From positions 372,001 to 436,000 of the forward strand of contig CT868341.1 in the NCBI GenBank assembly GCA_000165425.1: a DNA stretch of 64,000 bases. Reading direction: 5' to 3'. Source of the stretch: Paramecium tetraurelia. Lineage: Eukaryota. The translations under genes and the position numbers were made by a program. The notes beneath the pieces were generated by a model, which was not told the origin of the DNA, ran no database searches, and saw nothing but the letters and a program-made list of their open reading frames with translations. Position 1 is the stretch's first letter. Each line of letters begins with the position of its first letter. This document shows positions 1 through 11,719 of this stretch, one piece after another.

Positions 1-1314
1 ACTTTACAAAGGGAGAAAACCATCTTGATCGTCTGTAGGGATGTGACTCATCGTTAGAAGATTCGATACTTAAGAGAATATGATATTTAAAAGTCGAAAA
101 TGCTTTCATTTGTGAGTCATGAATACAGACAACCTTTGGGATGCATCATCTAGATGATTGAATGTGCCTTACAATACAAGGTCATACAAAAAAATGTAGA
201 AATCACTGAAGATTTACAGGCAGCCTTGGATAATTCAAAGTATATGTTGAATTTGTCTAATGATTTGTTGGACTTGGCCTAAATTAAGAATGGAAAGTTC
301 AAGATACAGAAGGTACCTTTTAATTTAGAGAAACTGATTGCAGATTCTATTAAGATGTTTGCTCTGAAAGCCAAAATAAAGGATCTGCAATTGGTTTGTG
401 ATTATAATCTCTCTCTTCCTAAATTTATTATCTCTGATAAAAATAGAATCAAACAAATAATTGTCAATCTCTTAAGCAATGCATTTAAGTTTACTTGTAC
501 GAGAATACAAGTAATAGTTGATCTGTAAGGCAACTAAAAACTGAGGATAGGAGTCAAAGATGATGGGATAGGGATCAGCTAAGAGGAACAATAGGTTTTG
601 TTCAAAGCATTTTCAAAAGTAAATTCAGAGGAGAGCAAGAAACTCAATGAACAAGGTGTAGGATTGGGTTTGGTGATTAGCAATTAGATAGCCCAAAATA
701 TTGGTTGTTCAGGATTGAATATAGAATCTAACAAAGATCAAAATAATCATTTTTCTTTCTTTTACTTCGATATAATGATGGAAATACCAACAAACAAAAA
801 AAAAGTGCCCAGCTTCAAAATCCCCTAAATCACGCCCCAATATTAGGAAGTCGATGAAGTTACGACCTTCAATTAGGAATGCCAAAAGATTGCCCTGGAG
901 GTGTTTCCACAATGTTGTCATTATTTGATTGTTGACGATGATTGCTTTAATGGATACGCCTTCAAGAGGATTCTAATGGGATTGTAGAGCAAGTACGCCT
1001 TATCCTTTTAATAATTTGATGTAGAATATGTTTCATCTGGGAAAGACTCACTTTCAAAGATCTAAGAGAAGAAATGCAATAAGGAGTGTTAGGGTTACAA
1101 ACTAATTTTCATGGATGTAGAAATGCCTGTTATGAATGGGATGCAGACCACAAAATAACTCTTGAACATCAATCCCAAATAGTTGATTGTCGGTTGCAGT
1201 GGGTATTCAGATGTTCAGGAGAAACAGAAATGCCTAGAAGCTGGCATGGTTGACTATCTCACCAAACCCGTGATGGAGAAGGATCTCATTCAAATACTAC
1301 AGAAATATTAATGA
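1..1314 (+). CDS. Hybrid sensor histidine kinase (HisKA + HATPase_c + receiver), 5'-partial
   Basis: Frame 1 is open under code 6 up to TGA 1312-1314. H-box SFVSHEYRQPL, N-box IKQIIVNLLSNAFKFT, G1 VKDDGIGI, G2 GVGLGLVIS; receiver motifs LIVDDD, LIFMDVEMP, GCSG, YLTKP. Confidence 0.93.
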
Positions 1315-1354
1315 TATTATTATGATTATTTTTGATAACTTATTAGATATGAAT

Positions 1355-2506
1355 TCATCTTTCATACAATTCACTTGAGCCTCCATAACGAGCTTGGATA
1401 TCCCAAAAGATATTTTGAAGAGCTTAAGTTAGTGACAAAGGTCTGACACACAAGTCATCAATAGTTTTAGATCCTTGTTGCACTATCATGTCATCACCAT
1501 GTTTCAAAATATAATCAATATTGAAATACTTCCAATTGGGAATATATTAGGCTACAAATAAATATACTGCCATACCTATTTTCAATAATAATTATTTATC
1601 AATATGAGCCAATTTAGGAGGTCTCTATACGATGTTGTGGAACATCTCATAGCATTCTAACAATGTATACACGTGAGGTCCTCCCAATTCGTATGTCTAA
1701 CCTATTGTTTCTGGCATCTTCAAAGCATTCAACATGGCTTAAGCTACATCTTACACAAAGATCTAACTATCTAAAATATTAGCGTACAGGTTATCTTTTG
1801 GCCTGGCAGTTGTCTGGAACAATGTTGAAATTATGAAAGTATCTCTTCTACACTTACCAATGATAAGCGAAATCATCATTGTCTCCAACCATCACACTTG
1901 GCCTAAAAATTGTGGCATTGGGGAATGCATTAAGGACCTACACATATCGTAAGTTTCATTACTTCTTATTCACCAATATACTTGGTTTGGAGATCAAGGG
2001 ATTCTGCATGAGGATTTGCACCACAAGCTGAAAAATGAATTAATCTGATCACTCCTGGGTTTTTAGCACATGCTTCAGCTATTCTTTTAGGCACTGTTAT
2101 ATTAATCCACTCGAAATCCTTTCTATTTTTCAGATGTTTTCTAGGACCAAGCAAATTTACAACCACATTCGAGTTTTTCATAGTCCACTCTATCATTTCT
2201 TTGTTATCATAATTCATATCGTGTAAAAGCCAATTCTATCCTGGTCCTGATGTTGTTTTTAATTCTCTAACATGATCCTCATAATTGTATCTATTTAATC
2301 TATGTGAAATCTTACTGATGATTATGAGGGAATATCAATTCAGAACCAATATTGCCAAGCATGCCACCCATGTATATACCTGAAAAACTAGTACCTCCAT
2401 GTATAGTTGCTCTGATTCCTGAGGGAGTGTGTTTGGCACCCTTATCAAAAATGTGCAACTTAGGTCTTGATAAGACACCAAAGTGAAACCTTAAAACCTT
2501 TTGCAT
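1355..2506 (-). CDS. NDUFA9: NADH:ubiquinone oxidoreductase 39 kDa subunit (NDUFA9, atypical SDR), with several small introns
   Basis: SGIRATIHGGTSFSGIYMG, SNVVVNLLG, VPKRIAEACA, RLIHFSACGA, TKYIGE, AFPNATIFRPS; mitochondrial presequence-like N-terminus; ends ...ELYER-TGA at 1355. Confidence 0.9.
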
Positions 2507-2540
2507 TATTATTATTATTAATAAATAAACAAACCTTATT

Positions 2541-2750
2541 ATGTGTACCTCTCTTCATTGATTTGAGTAATGACAATAAAGGTGTCTGGCTCTAAATCAT
2601 CTCTCTTATCTAAATTAGTGCAATAAATAAGCAGTCTGACAATCCTTCATTACTTTTACTTTTTGTTTTTGGGATGTAAATTTTAAGAATAAATTACTTT
2701 TTTTGAATTCTACGCTATAAAAAGGTATACCATTTGACATGAATATTTTT
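2541..2750 (+). pseudogene. Possible relic ORF with in-frame TGAs
   Basis: ATG 34 nt from the divergent NDUFA9 start; reads MCTSLH*FEQ*QQRCLALNHLSYLNQCNKQAV*QSF with TGA at 2559, 2571 and 2637. Confidence 0.3.
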
Positions 2751-3561
2751 GATTTTAAATGGGGAGTTAATGAAGCTCTGTTAATAATTAGTCAAATATA
2801 AATTGAATCTTCTTAATTTAATTGATTGATTAATATCTACCAAAACTAAAATGACTTGATAATTATAATATTTTGTTAATCTATATTTTTGATAACCTAT
2901 TCATATAAATGTTAATTTATAATTAATTTTAACAAAAACTCTTGTTTTTTTTGTAATCAATTTTTATACTCAATGTAAATTACTTTGAAAATTGGAAATA
3001 TTTTTCCCTCCCTTTGATTAATTAGATTATTCCTGCAAATCTGCTTGAGTAAACAATATTATATAGTAAGGAAGAATTTTTACGAGTGAATTTAAAAAAA
3101 TAACAAATATTTTAGTGACAAAAAATATCATTTAATAATATAAACTCAGAAAGAGAATAATAACGATAATTATCTTACTTTTAAAATATATCATCAACAT
3201 TAGTATTATCCAGAGTTCTCTCTAACATAAATGAGATAGTTATTTTTTAATTATTTTTCTGATGTAATTGATCCAAGCAGTTTAAATGTTCTGTGTTGGA
3301 AGTAAAGATTTAGAAAAAGAATGGTTTAAGAAAATGGTAACCCATTAATTCAATTTAACCAAAATTATATTATTTGACAATAATCTATTTTAAAATTCAA
3401 TATGATTTAGTGAGGACAGGAATTTCGATAAACTAAATTGATTAAATATTACTTTTTTTGCATATTTATTAAAACAATTTATATAATAGATGTTTTTAAA
3501 TAGAAATTAATAAAATTTAATTTTAAGACAAACGGAATTTTCAATTTTCTAATTATATTTC

Positions 3562-4437
3562 TCATATATTGATAAAAATCACAATAGCAAGGACAACTTA
3601 GGCCAAAGAAGAATATGATGTATCATCAGTATCATCATCGCTTTTTGGTTAAACACACACTTCGCACTTTGAAGTTGAGGAATTCCATTTATATGATAAA
3701 TTAGACCCAACTAGACAGGTAGGCTAAGTCAAGGTGGAATAATCAAATTCCATGCATTTAGCATTTACCCATTTACATTAGGTAGCCACCTGTTGTGTGA
3801 TATCCCAGACCATTGTACAAGCAGCTTCAACGGTAATTAGGTCACAGGTTCTTGTAGTACACTTTCCTGATGTAGTATTATAATCACATGAGAACTTTGG
3901 ACAAGCAGATTAACTTGTGTTATCAAAATTACTACAAGCACTATTACTCCAAGCTTCACAAGCTGATGAACTTGGATTCCAATAACAAACCTTTCCGTCA
4001 TCTTGAACTGTTTCTACACATCCTTCTTGATTGATTCCAGCACAAGAGTCAATACTATGCATTGAATCATTAGTTTTATCTGTGCATGGATACAATCCAG
4101 CAGAATTCTTTTTGAAAACAGCTTAGCAAGGTCCAACTCTGAAACATTTGAATCCATCACTATATGAATAATCAGAGCATTTGGTGAATGCCTAACATGA
4201 ACTATCCTTCCAAGCACATTTAAAATAGTCTGGCAATTGATCACACATCTCAACAGTAAATTTATCACAGGTTTTATGAGTACATTTCGATGATGTTGAA
4301 TCCCAATCACATGTTGTAGGAATACACTCTGTTTGTGCAGATGCCATTTCACAAGTGCATCCACCCACTTACTGCAATTATAAACTGATGGCATGTATTT
4401 GTATACTCAAACTGATCAAGATCAACACTAGTTTCAT
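3562..4437 (-). CDS. Cys-rich surface protein, mini-antigen-like (signal peptide, probable GPI signal), 291 aa
   Basis: Intronless under code 6. Signal MKLVLILISLSIQIHA, periodic C..C.W...C repeats, hydrophobic C-terminus VVLAIVIFINI. Confidence 0.85.
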
Positions 4438-4547
4438 TAATTAATTGAAAACCAACAGTTAATTCAATTCATTTTTATACCCATACAGTTTGATATTGAT
4501 CAATGACGCATCAATTAATAGTATAAACATATACATATAACTTAAAC

Positions 4548-5986
4548 TCAAAATCGTTGTTAAGACAAGATATAATCAATAGCATTGATATTATTCAATT
4601 CCTCCTAAGATTTTCTCTAACAGTATTTTTGTATATATTCCCACAATTAATTAGAGTTCAAACCCTTGATCAAATTGAATGCTTGATTGTATGCATATTA
4701 TTCATCATTGATAAACACCAATTAACGGCACCCTCCCATAGATGCAGCAACCCATTAAATTAACGCCTTCAATTGCCATTCTCCACCAAAAACTCCACAT
4801 CCCCATTTTCCAGTGCAAATGCGAGCAATTCCATAAAATCCACAATAAGATTTGGTCAACTCTCTCTTGTATTCTTTGTATTACTAATGATAATTTCCTG
4901 AGTAATCTCCTGCATCTATGCACTATAAAAGTAGATGAATTTCTTACTATGAAATTGACACTTCGGATTTATTTAACCGTTCCTTTGCATTCAAATTTAT
5001 CTTTATAGCCCTCATACATAATTAGTCTGTTGACTCTCTCAATAATAATTGATTCATCTTGCTTGATTTCAGTAGTTATTAGCAATGATGCCAAAGCTTC
5101 AGGGTGAGTCAAGAATAGTATTTCCTCTTGAACACATCCTAAGTTAAGGACTCCACCTCCAATTCTCTTATTTGCAAAATCCACTATAAAAGAGTCTTAC
5201 ACATTCTCCATTTATCCTTATTCGCAATAAACAAACTCGCACAAGGGCTTACTAATCATAGTTAAGTTCTGCTTTTTTCTGGTGAATGTAATCTTCTCAT
5301 GTGGTTTGAATTCAGGCGAAAACACATGAAGGAAATAGTAAAATAAGCATCTTAACTTCTAAATCTTAATATTATTTTATCCACTATCCTCGTTTGATCG
5401 GTTAAACAATTTTGCCATAATGAAAACAGCTGGTAATTGTTTATAATCAGGTTGTAAGTGCATAACACATAAAAACATATTGGCCAATAGGATTGCTACT
5501 TATATCCTTTTTAATTCAACTTTCTCTAAAAGCATACTCAGATAATCCGTAAATTCTGAATCCATTTTAAGAGCCAAATCACTAATCAAAGGTATTTTGG
5601 CTAGGAATTCTCTTTTTAATGGGAAACCATCTAAAGCTGTACAGAAATTCTTGAAATTAATTTTGTTTTTAATTTGTTTTGGCTAACTTTTATTAATACT
5701 ATATACATTTTAGAAATGTAAACAATAAATTTCTTCTATTACTTGCTAAACACTAAAAGCAGTTAAATTAGTTTAACTAGCCTTCAATAATTAGAGCTAT
5801 TTCTTAATTTCTGGCCACAGCTTATTAAACAAATTAGGAGAGATGTATAGAAATTATCTATCCTATAATATTAATTTAATACAAAGGTTGCTACTCTTGT
5901 TTGTTATTTTAAGCATCCTCTTCTTGGTCTGATAAAACTGGTGTCGAAATGCCAACAAATTTTTGATCAGATGATTATTGATTCAT
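4548..5986 (-). CDS. PARG: Poly(ADP-ribose) glycohydrolase
   Basis: Catalytic signature VDFANKRIGGGVLNLGCVQEEILF (GGG-x6-8-QEE), TGKWGCGVFGG, LIQWVAAS, LLANMFLC; small intron near 5860-5882. Confidence 0.93.
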
Positions 5987-6109
5987 TTAATTTTATAATT
6001 AAAATAATACATATTCTGATATAAATACAATAAACTTTATTTAAAGAGAGATGTTGGATTGGATCAAATTTATGATTAATATAGCTTATTAATAATTATT
6101 AAATAGTAA

Positions 6110-8347
6110 TCATTAACATATAAGACTATTAGGCAATAATTTAGTTGTTGTTGTTTGTGATCTTAAATAATTTATACTATTGCCCTATAAACATAACACT
6201 TATTATGTGTTATTTTATTGGTTAGTGTATGATTTGTATAATAGTCTATCTTCATCATAAATTGATAATATTGCATCGTAATTTGGATTTATAACAAATA
6301 CCAAAATGGGATAATCAACTTCATCCACAGTTATTAATTAAGTTTTATCATCAACATATTCTAGATTCATGTAATTATTAGATCCAATCCATTTTGTTGT
6401 TGTGTATTATTTGTAAATACTGGTGGCAAATGTTGTACCTAACATTGATTATTTAGATCCTTGTAGAATAATTGATAGTTATTTCTATTATTTGATTAGA
6501 TTTATATTCAATGAGGTGTTCTAGTTAATAAATATGTTTTATTCATAAGGAATATATCCTTTTGATTAAATTATTAATATGTAGGATTATTCCTATACAA
6601 AATTTAAAGTATTCTAATTTTGAATCTACAAATATTCAGTATTGGTTATTGGATTAAGTAATTTGATGGTGTAGTTTTAATTAATGTTTAGTTAAATGTC
6701 TAACTTCCAAAATCGAACTGATTAGAGTTATTTAAGTATGTCTTAATTCTAAATCAGATTAGTTTAACTATTTTCTTTGAGCAATCTAGTCTATTTTTTA
6801 ATTGTAAAGTCAATATTAACTGTTCTACTAGTAACACACATATAAATCTAAATAGAAATATTTAAATACATTTTAATAGATGTAATTTTAGATGGCATCA
6901 AATTTACCTATAAATTTTAATTCTGTGAAATTGGAATCATCAACATAAAAGTCTTTAGAATTACTTAATCTATAATAATTCATTGGAAAGTCTGTTTTGA
7001 GTGTTAACTCAATGTTATCACAGTACATAAATTAACAGTTAAGAGTAACAAAATTCTTGATTTGACTACATCCTTTAGGGATATCCAAATATTTGGAAGT
7101 TGAAACTGAATTAAATTTATTGATATCCTAATTGATCTCTTTACTGAATAAGAAGATTGTTATTATGATTAGAAATAGCTGAATAGTTCCAAAAACGAAA
7201 TCATAGATTTTAATTTCCGTATTCAACAATGGAGGTTTCTATGAGATGTACAAGATAAGTGTCAGAGTAGCAAAACCAATTAACTAATGAACTAAAGTGA
7301 CGACATTCAATTTGAATTTGGATCTGTCAGCCACTATTCCACAACAGTTTAGATTCAGACATCCTAACTTTGTATCTCTCTAAGAAATAGGTATTTTGGA
7401 ATCCATTTCCCACATGAAGGCTTTTTCATCATCATTACAAGATGTACTTTCTTAATACTTTTAGCAATTAGTATTGGCAAATAAGAAGTCCATGTGCAGA
7501 TTTCTTAAATGAGCTGAGCAATCATTTAAGACTGATACCTTATTTTATTTGGCTTGTCTGACATTTGAAAAGTGTTTGTATTGATTGAGTACCAAATAAA
7601 ACAATAAAATAGCTCCAATAGTAAAGTAAGCCACCTTGATCTTTTTCAGATTAGCACTGTAGACTAATGCACTGGTGGAGATTAATAAGAGCAATAAAAT
7701 TAATTAGAATCCAACGAGTTTTGAATAGTGATTGATTGCAATTCCAGTAATGAAAAATAGTGTATTGTATATATGCAAAGCTATCATGAGATTCTGCTAA
7801 TCTTAACAAAGGTAGAGACTATAGGTGATGTAAAAATATGATATTAGAAGTAGGAAAAAAGCCAATAGGATTGATCGGAATAGGAGTGTAAATTGTTGCC
7901 ATTCTTGAATTTGATTGATATAACTGGAATTCTCACCAATTTTATAATTGTAATCAGCTTCGAATGAGGCAATAAAGAATATCATCAGGGAGATTGCCAT
8001 AATAATCATTAAGCCATTTAATACAAATGATAGTTGTCTAATTACCGTGTCCTCTAAGGGTTTACAATGATAATAATACTTTCTTATTTCCAGAATAGAT
8101 TGAAGATCGACAGAGTTATCCCATAGATGGAGGTGTATAGTAATATCTCATAGAAGTATGGTGGATAGATGGACTTGTAAAGGAAGGTAATCACTATAAG
8201 ATAAATGTTGATGAGGATAGCAAAGGGAATAACAAATTTGGTGTATTTAATGAAATTGGACTGTTCATCGAAATTCCAACCTAATGATGAGTAATGTAAA
8301 TTGATACCATCAACTGAGTAGTTGTCGTTATCTGTATTTTATTTCAT
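6110..8347 (-). CDS. Multi-pass membrane protein of unknown function with a long soluble C-terminal region
   Basis: Open under code 6 with a 26-nt intron near 8054-8079. Many hydrophobic segments in the N-terminal half, Cys cluster LGCLNLNCCG, ends ...NSLICQ-TGA. Confidence 0.7.
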
Positions 8348-8387
8348 TAATTTATTGTTAAAAAATAATATTCACATTTTAATTCAT

Positions 8388-9206
8388 TCAGAATGATGCG
8401 ATTAATATAATAAAACTCATCAAAAATAGTTTACCGAATCCTTCACATTCTATACATTCATTCTTTACATTGTTCCAGAAGTATGTTCCCAACGTGATGC
8501 TTGAGCAATTGCTTTGTTGAAGTTAAGAAACACTACTCAATTCAACACACTAATTGGCTGACCATGTGCAAATCGTAAATGAATCGCCATCCAAATGAGG
8601 AACGAATGAGCATGAACTCTAAGATGTGAAATCCTTACACTGTTTCTCATTGCAATCATTGTTCAACCACACACAATAGGAGACATTACACAACGACTCA
8701 TTTAAATCAGAGGCATCACTGCAACTATCCAATTAAAATGCTACACATTCGTTGCTTATACTCTTCCAAACACATCTATAACCATCTGATTATACACCAT
8801 TGCAACTTGACGAGGTAAGCTGATCGGAGCAGACTATATAATTCATTTGTTTTGCCAAATAGTTTGTACACTAATAAAAACCTCCAGTCTTCTTCCCACT
8901 TGATACACATCCTATCACTTGATTGCCTTTGTTGAAACACTGCTCCTCAGCATCTACATAATAAGCATTGCATTAGGAAAATGCAGAACAAGTTTGAGTC
9001 TTGTGATCAAAAGAGCAATCAAATCTTGAATCGCATTCTACTCTTGATGTAACATCAGAGCAACCCAAATTTGAGCATAATTTCGATTCGAATTTACATC
9101 CAAATGCTGTACAATCATTTTCTACAAAGATCTCTGTGCATAAACAAGTTTTATCCAAAGACACGATAACTGATTAACATATTGTAAAAAGTATTAATAT
9201 CAACAT
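8388..9206 (-). CDS. Cys-rich surface protein, mini-antigen-like, 272 aa
   Basis: Signal MLILILFTICQSVIV, CLC followed by periodic Cys/Trp repeats (QSDGYRCVW), hydrophobic tail LFLMSFIILIASF. Confidence 0.85.
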
Positions 9207-9221
9207 ATTATTATTAATGAT

Positions 9222-10058
9222 TCATTCTCCAAAAAGCATTCTCTTTGCTCTCTCCTACTATTTCTTCTTAATCTACTTCTCCTTCTCTCCAATGCTCTGC
9301 AACTCCTTTATCACCTCCTCGTTCTAAGGATCCAATTGATTTGCCAATTTTAAATCAACTCTACATATTTTTCATATTCATTTACTTCGCCCTCTCAAAA
9401 TCATCAACCTAAATCGAAGCCACAGCCCTTCGGTGTAACAATTTAACATTCTCAGGTTATCCTTATAAAACATTTGTGGCTTGTTTTATGCATAATTCAA
9501 ACTATTTATTCTTCAAATATGTAAGAGAAAGATTAGATCTTAATTGCCCTTACAATTCCAATTCTCTATCACAATACTCTGTCTTTATTAAATTTAATGA
9601 TTCCAAATATTTATTTTGGGCTTCTAGATATTATTATTGTTTGATATCGCCATTGCCTAACCCTTTCAATTCCAAAGCTCTCTCATAGACCTCCTCCCCT
9701 TCTAAATGCCAAGGGTTATTCTTCATTCTCCCTATTCTAATAATCTCGATTTCATATTAATTATAAAATTCCTTTTGATAGTTTTAGAATTACTTTGGAG
9801 ACTGGGGATTGATAAATCTTAATGAGACTACGTTCCCCTTACTTCATCTTACTAAGAGCTTATTCAATCTCAGACTACAACCATCCTCTTCCGATTATGG
9901 TTTTAGTAGCTGTGTGTTGTGAGTTAGTGAGTAATTCTCCGTTCTGATTGTGAGCAATAAAGAAGACTAAGATTAGAGATGTGTCAGTTACAGAAAACTT
10001 CCTCGTGCAATCTAGGAGTGTCTCCAATACCTTCCTTGATTATTTGGATGTCAAACAT
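9222..10058 (-). CDS. FKBP-like / TPR co-chaperone (FKBP4/5-type architecture, divergent PPIase domain)
   Basis: N-terminal IQIIKEGIGDTP (FKBP-like). TPRs ALELKGLGNGDIKQQQYLEAQNKY, RSNLSLTYLK, NVKLLHRRAVA, DLKLANQLDPQN; C-terminal ERAKRMLF. Confidence 0.75.
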
Positions 10059-10084
10059 ATAAATTAAATTAATATCAATTGGAT

Positions 10085-10514
10085 ATGGTGTACGGTCGTC
10101 TCATCTATAACAATGTTAAGGATTACACTCCTCAATGGTTCAAAACTATACCCTACTAATAAACCGTGAAGCCCACCTTCGGTATTGAATGAGATATATA
10201 GCAGTAAGAAAACCCTAAGTAGTGTCTCGTTTGAATAGCGATCCTAAAGTGAAAGCCCTTTGGAGATTTCTAGGTAGAAATGTAGCTGACAATCCCTGGG
10301 CTTGGTAAGTTTACATTTTTGCAAGTAAATGAACTAATAAGCAATTAGATTCTTTTGTGATCTTTGGTCTTTGCTATTATCCATGGCTTTGGGTGTACTA
10401 ATTTAACAATAAGAAGGTAAAGATAGTGTATATAAATACAATTAGCGAACTATCGATTATGCCTTATAATAAGAGAAAGAATGGAAAGCTAAATAGGCAG
10501 CAGCTGAAGAATGA
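10085..10514 (+). CDS. Small single-TM mitochondrial protein, probably cytochrome bc1 subunit 9 (QCR9/UQCR10-like); 3 introns
   Basis: MVYGRLIYNNVKDYTPQWFKTIPY...VYIFANSFVIFGLCYYPWLWVYQFNNKKRTIDYALQQEKEWK; introns 10182-10204, 10325-10348, 10417-10445. Subunit identity rests on remembered similarity to a Tetrahymena complex III subunit and is not verified. Confidence 0.6.
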
Positions 10515-10537
10515 AAATAATAAATTTATTGTTCAAA

Positions 10538-11538
10538 TCATTATTATTATTATTCTTATTATTATTATGGTTTAGGACCTAAATATGTTTCCGAGACATC
10601 CTACCCATACTTCTTTTCAACTATCACTCTAGTGTTTGTTCCTATCTAATCACCAATCTTCGATAGTGCTGATCCCAGACCAGTCAAAGCTGTCCCCATA
10701 GCATCCCAACTAGCCACAAATATTTCTCTGCCTTCTTTCAACCCTTTAATTACGTTATGAACATTACTTACCTTAACTATCCGAATTATCAATCTATTTG
10801 TTTATGTCTTACTTGAATTCTGACCCTTTTTACACAACAGGAGTGAATAGTTATTTTAGGTAGGCCCCAGTTACATCAACTGTCTATGAAAACTTAGACT
10901 TAGCGGTTTCCACTTTTAATTTTGTTTCTGGCTTGACTTCCACATCTTCCTTTTTCTCCACTTTTGAATTGATATATTCCCCTCCTGCTGCCACTCCTTT
11001 GGCTATCTTATCTCCTAACCAATTAAAGCCTTCTTTCAAAGCTCTTAATAAGAAATCAGGTACAATACTTACTCCCCTCCAGCCTTAATATAACCCACTG
11101 CTGTAGTACTATTCTCCAAAGGGTTGATATCGATATCTTTGCAATGAATTTAGATGCTTTATTTGAATTATGGAATTTGGATGGCATTTTCAAAAGGTAT
11201 TATTTGCACTAGTTATTGCAGTGCATTTAAGAAGAGGTCTCCTTCTTGTCCCTTCTAAATGAAATCCATTCAATCCTAAAATCATGGAAATCCTTACCAG
11301 CAGTGGCATTGGGGTATAGAAGAGAAAATCCTTTGTCAGACTTAAGGATAACCCAAGGAGTGCTTGGAAAGATAGTTTGACAATAGGTGTTGATCATTAC
11401 AAAATAAATCCGAGCATCTGGCATATAACAAATTTAGATCTATCCCTCATGAACCAGTTTTCTGCTATTCTGCACTAGTTCTAAAAGGCGAGCATTCTGT
11501 GATGTCGTTACTATTTGAGCTTGTGTATTATTGTGCAT
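10538..11538 (-). CDS. Senescence/spartin-associated domain protein
   Basis: Amphipathic helices GDKIAKGVAAGGEYINSKV...VKPETK, ending in NTRVIVEKKYGQDV (matches the V.HKYG motif of the Senescence domain); small introns. Confidence 0.7.
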
Positions 11539-11719
11539 TTAATTAATGAATAAGAAAATTATAATACAGAATTAATTTACATATTCTTTAAACGTAATTC
11601 TTATTGATTCTTATAGAAATAACATCCTTAAAATAATAAGATGATAAATTAAAATAATTGAGTAAATATTTTGATGTAGATAATTTGCAATTAAAAAATA
11701 TTATTTCATTCCCAATATT

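Noticed and set aside
4014..5008. ORF-track entries 4014-4394, 4557-4763, 4705-4923, 4742-5008
   Set aside because: Alternate-frame or antisense shadows of the mini-antigen and PARG genes.
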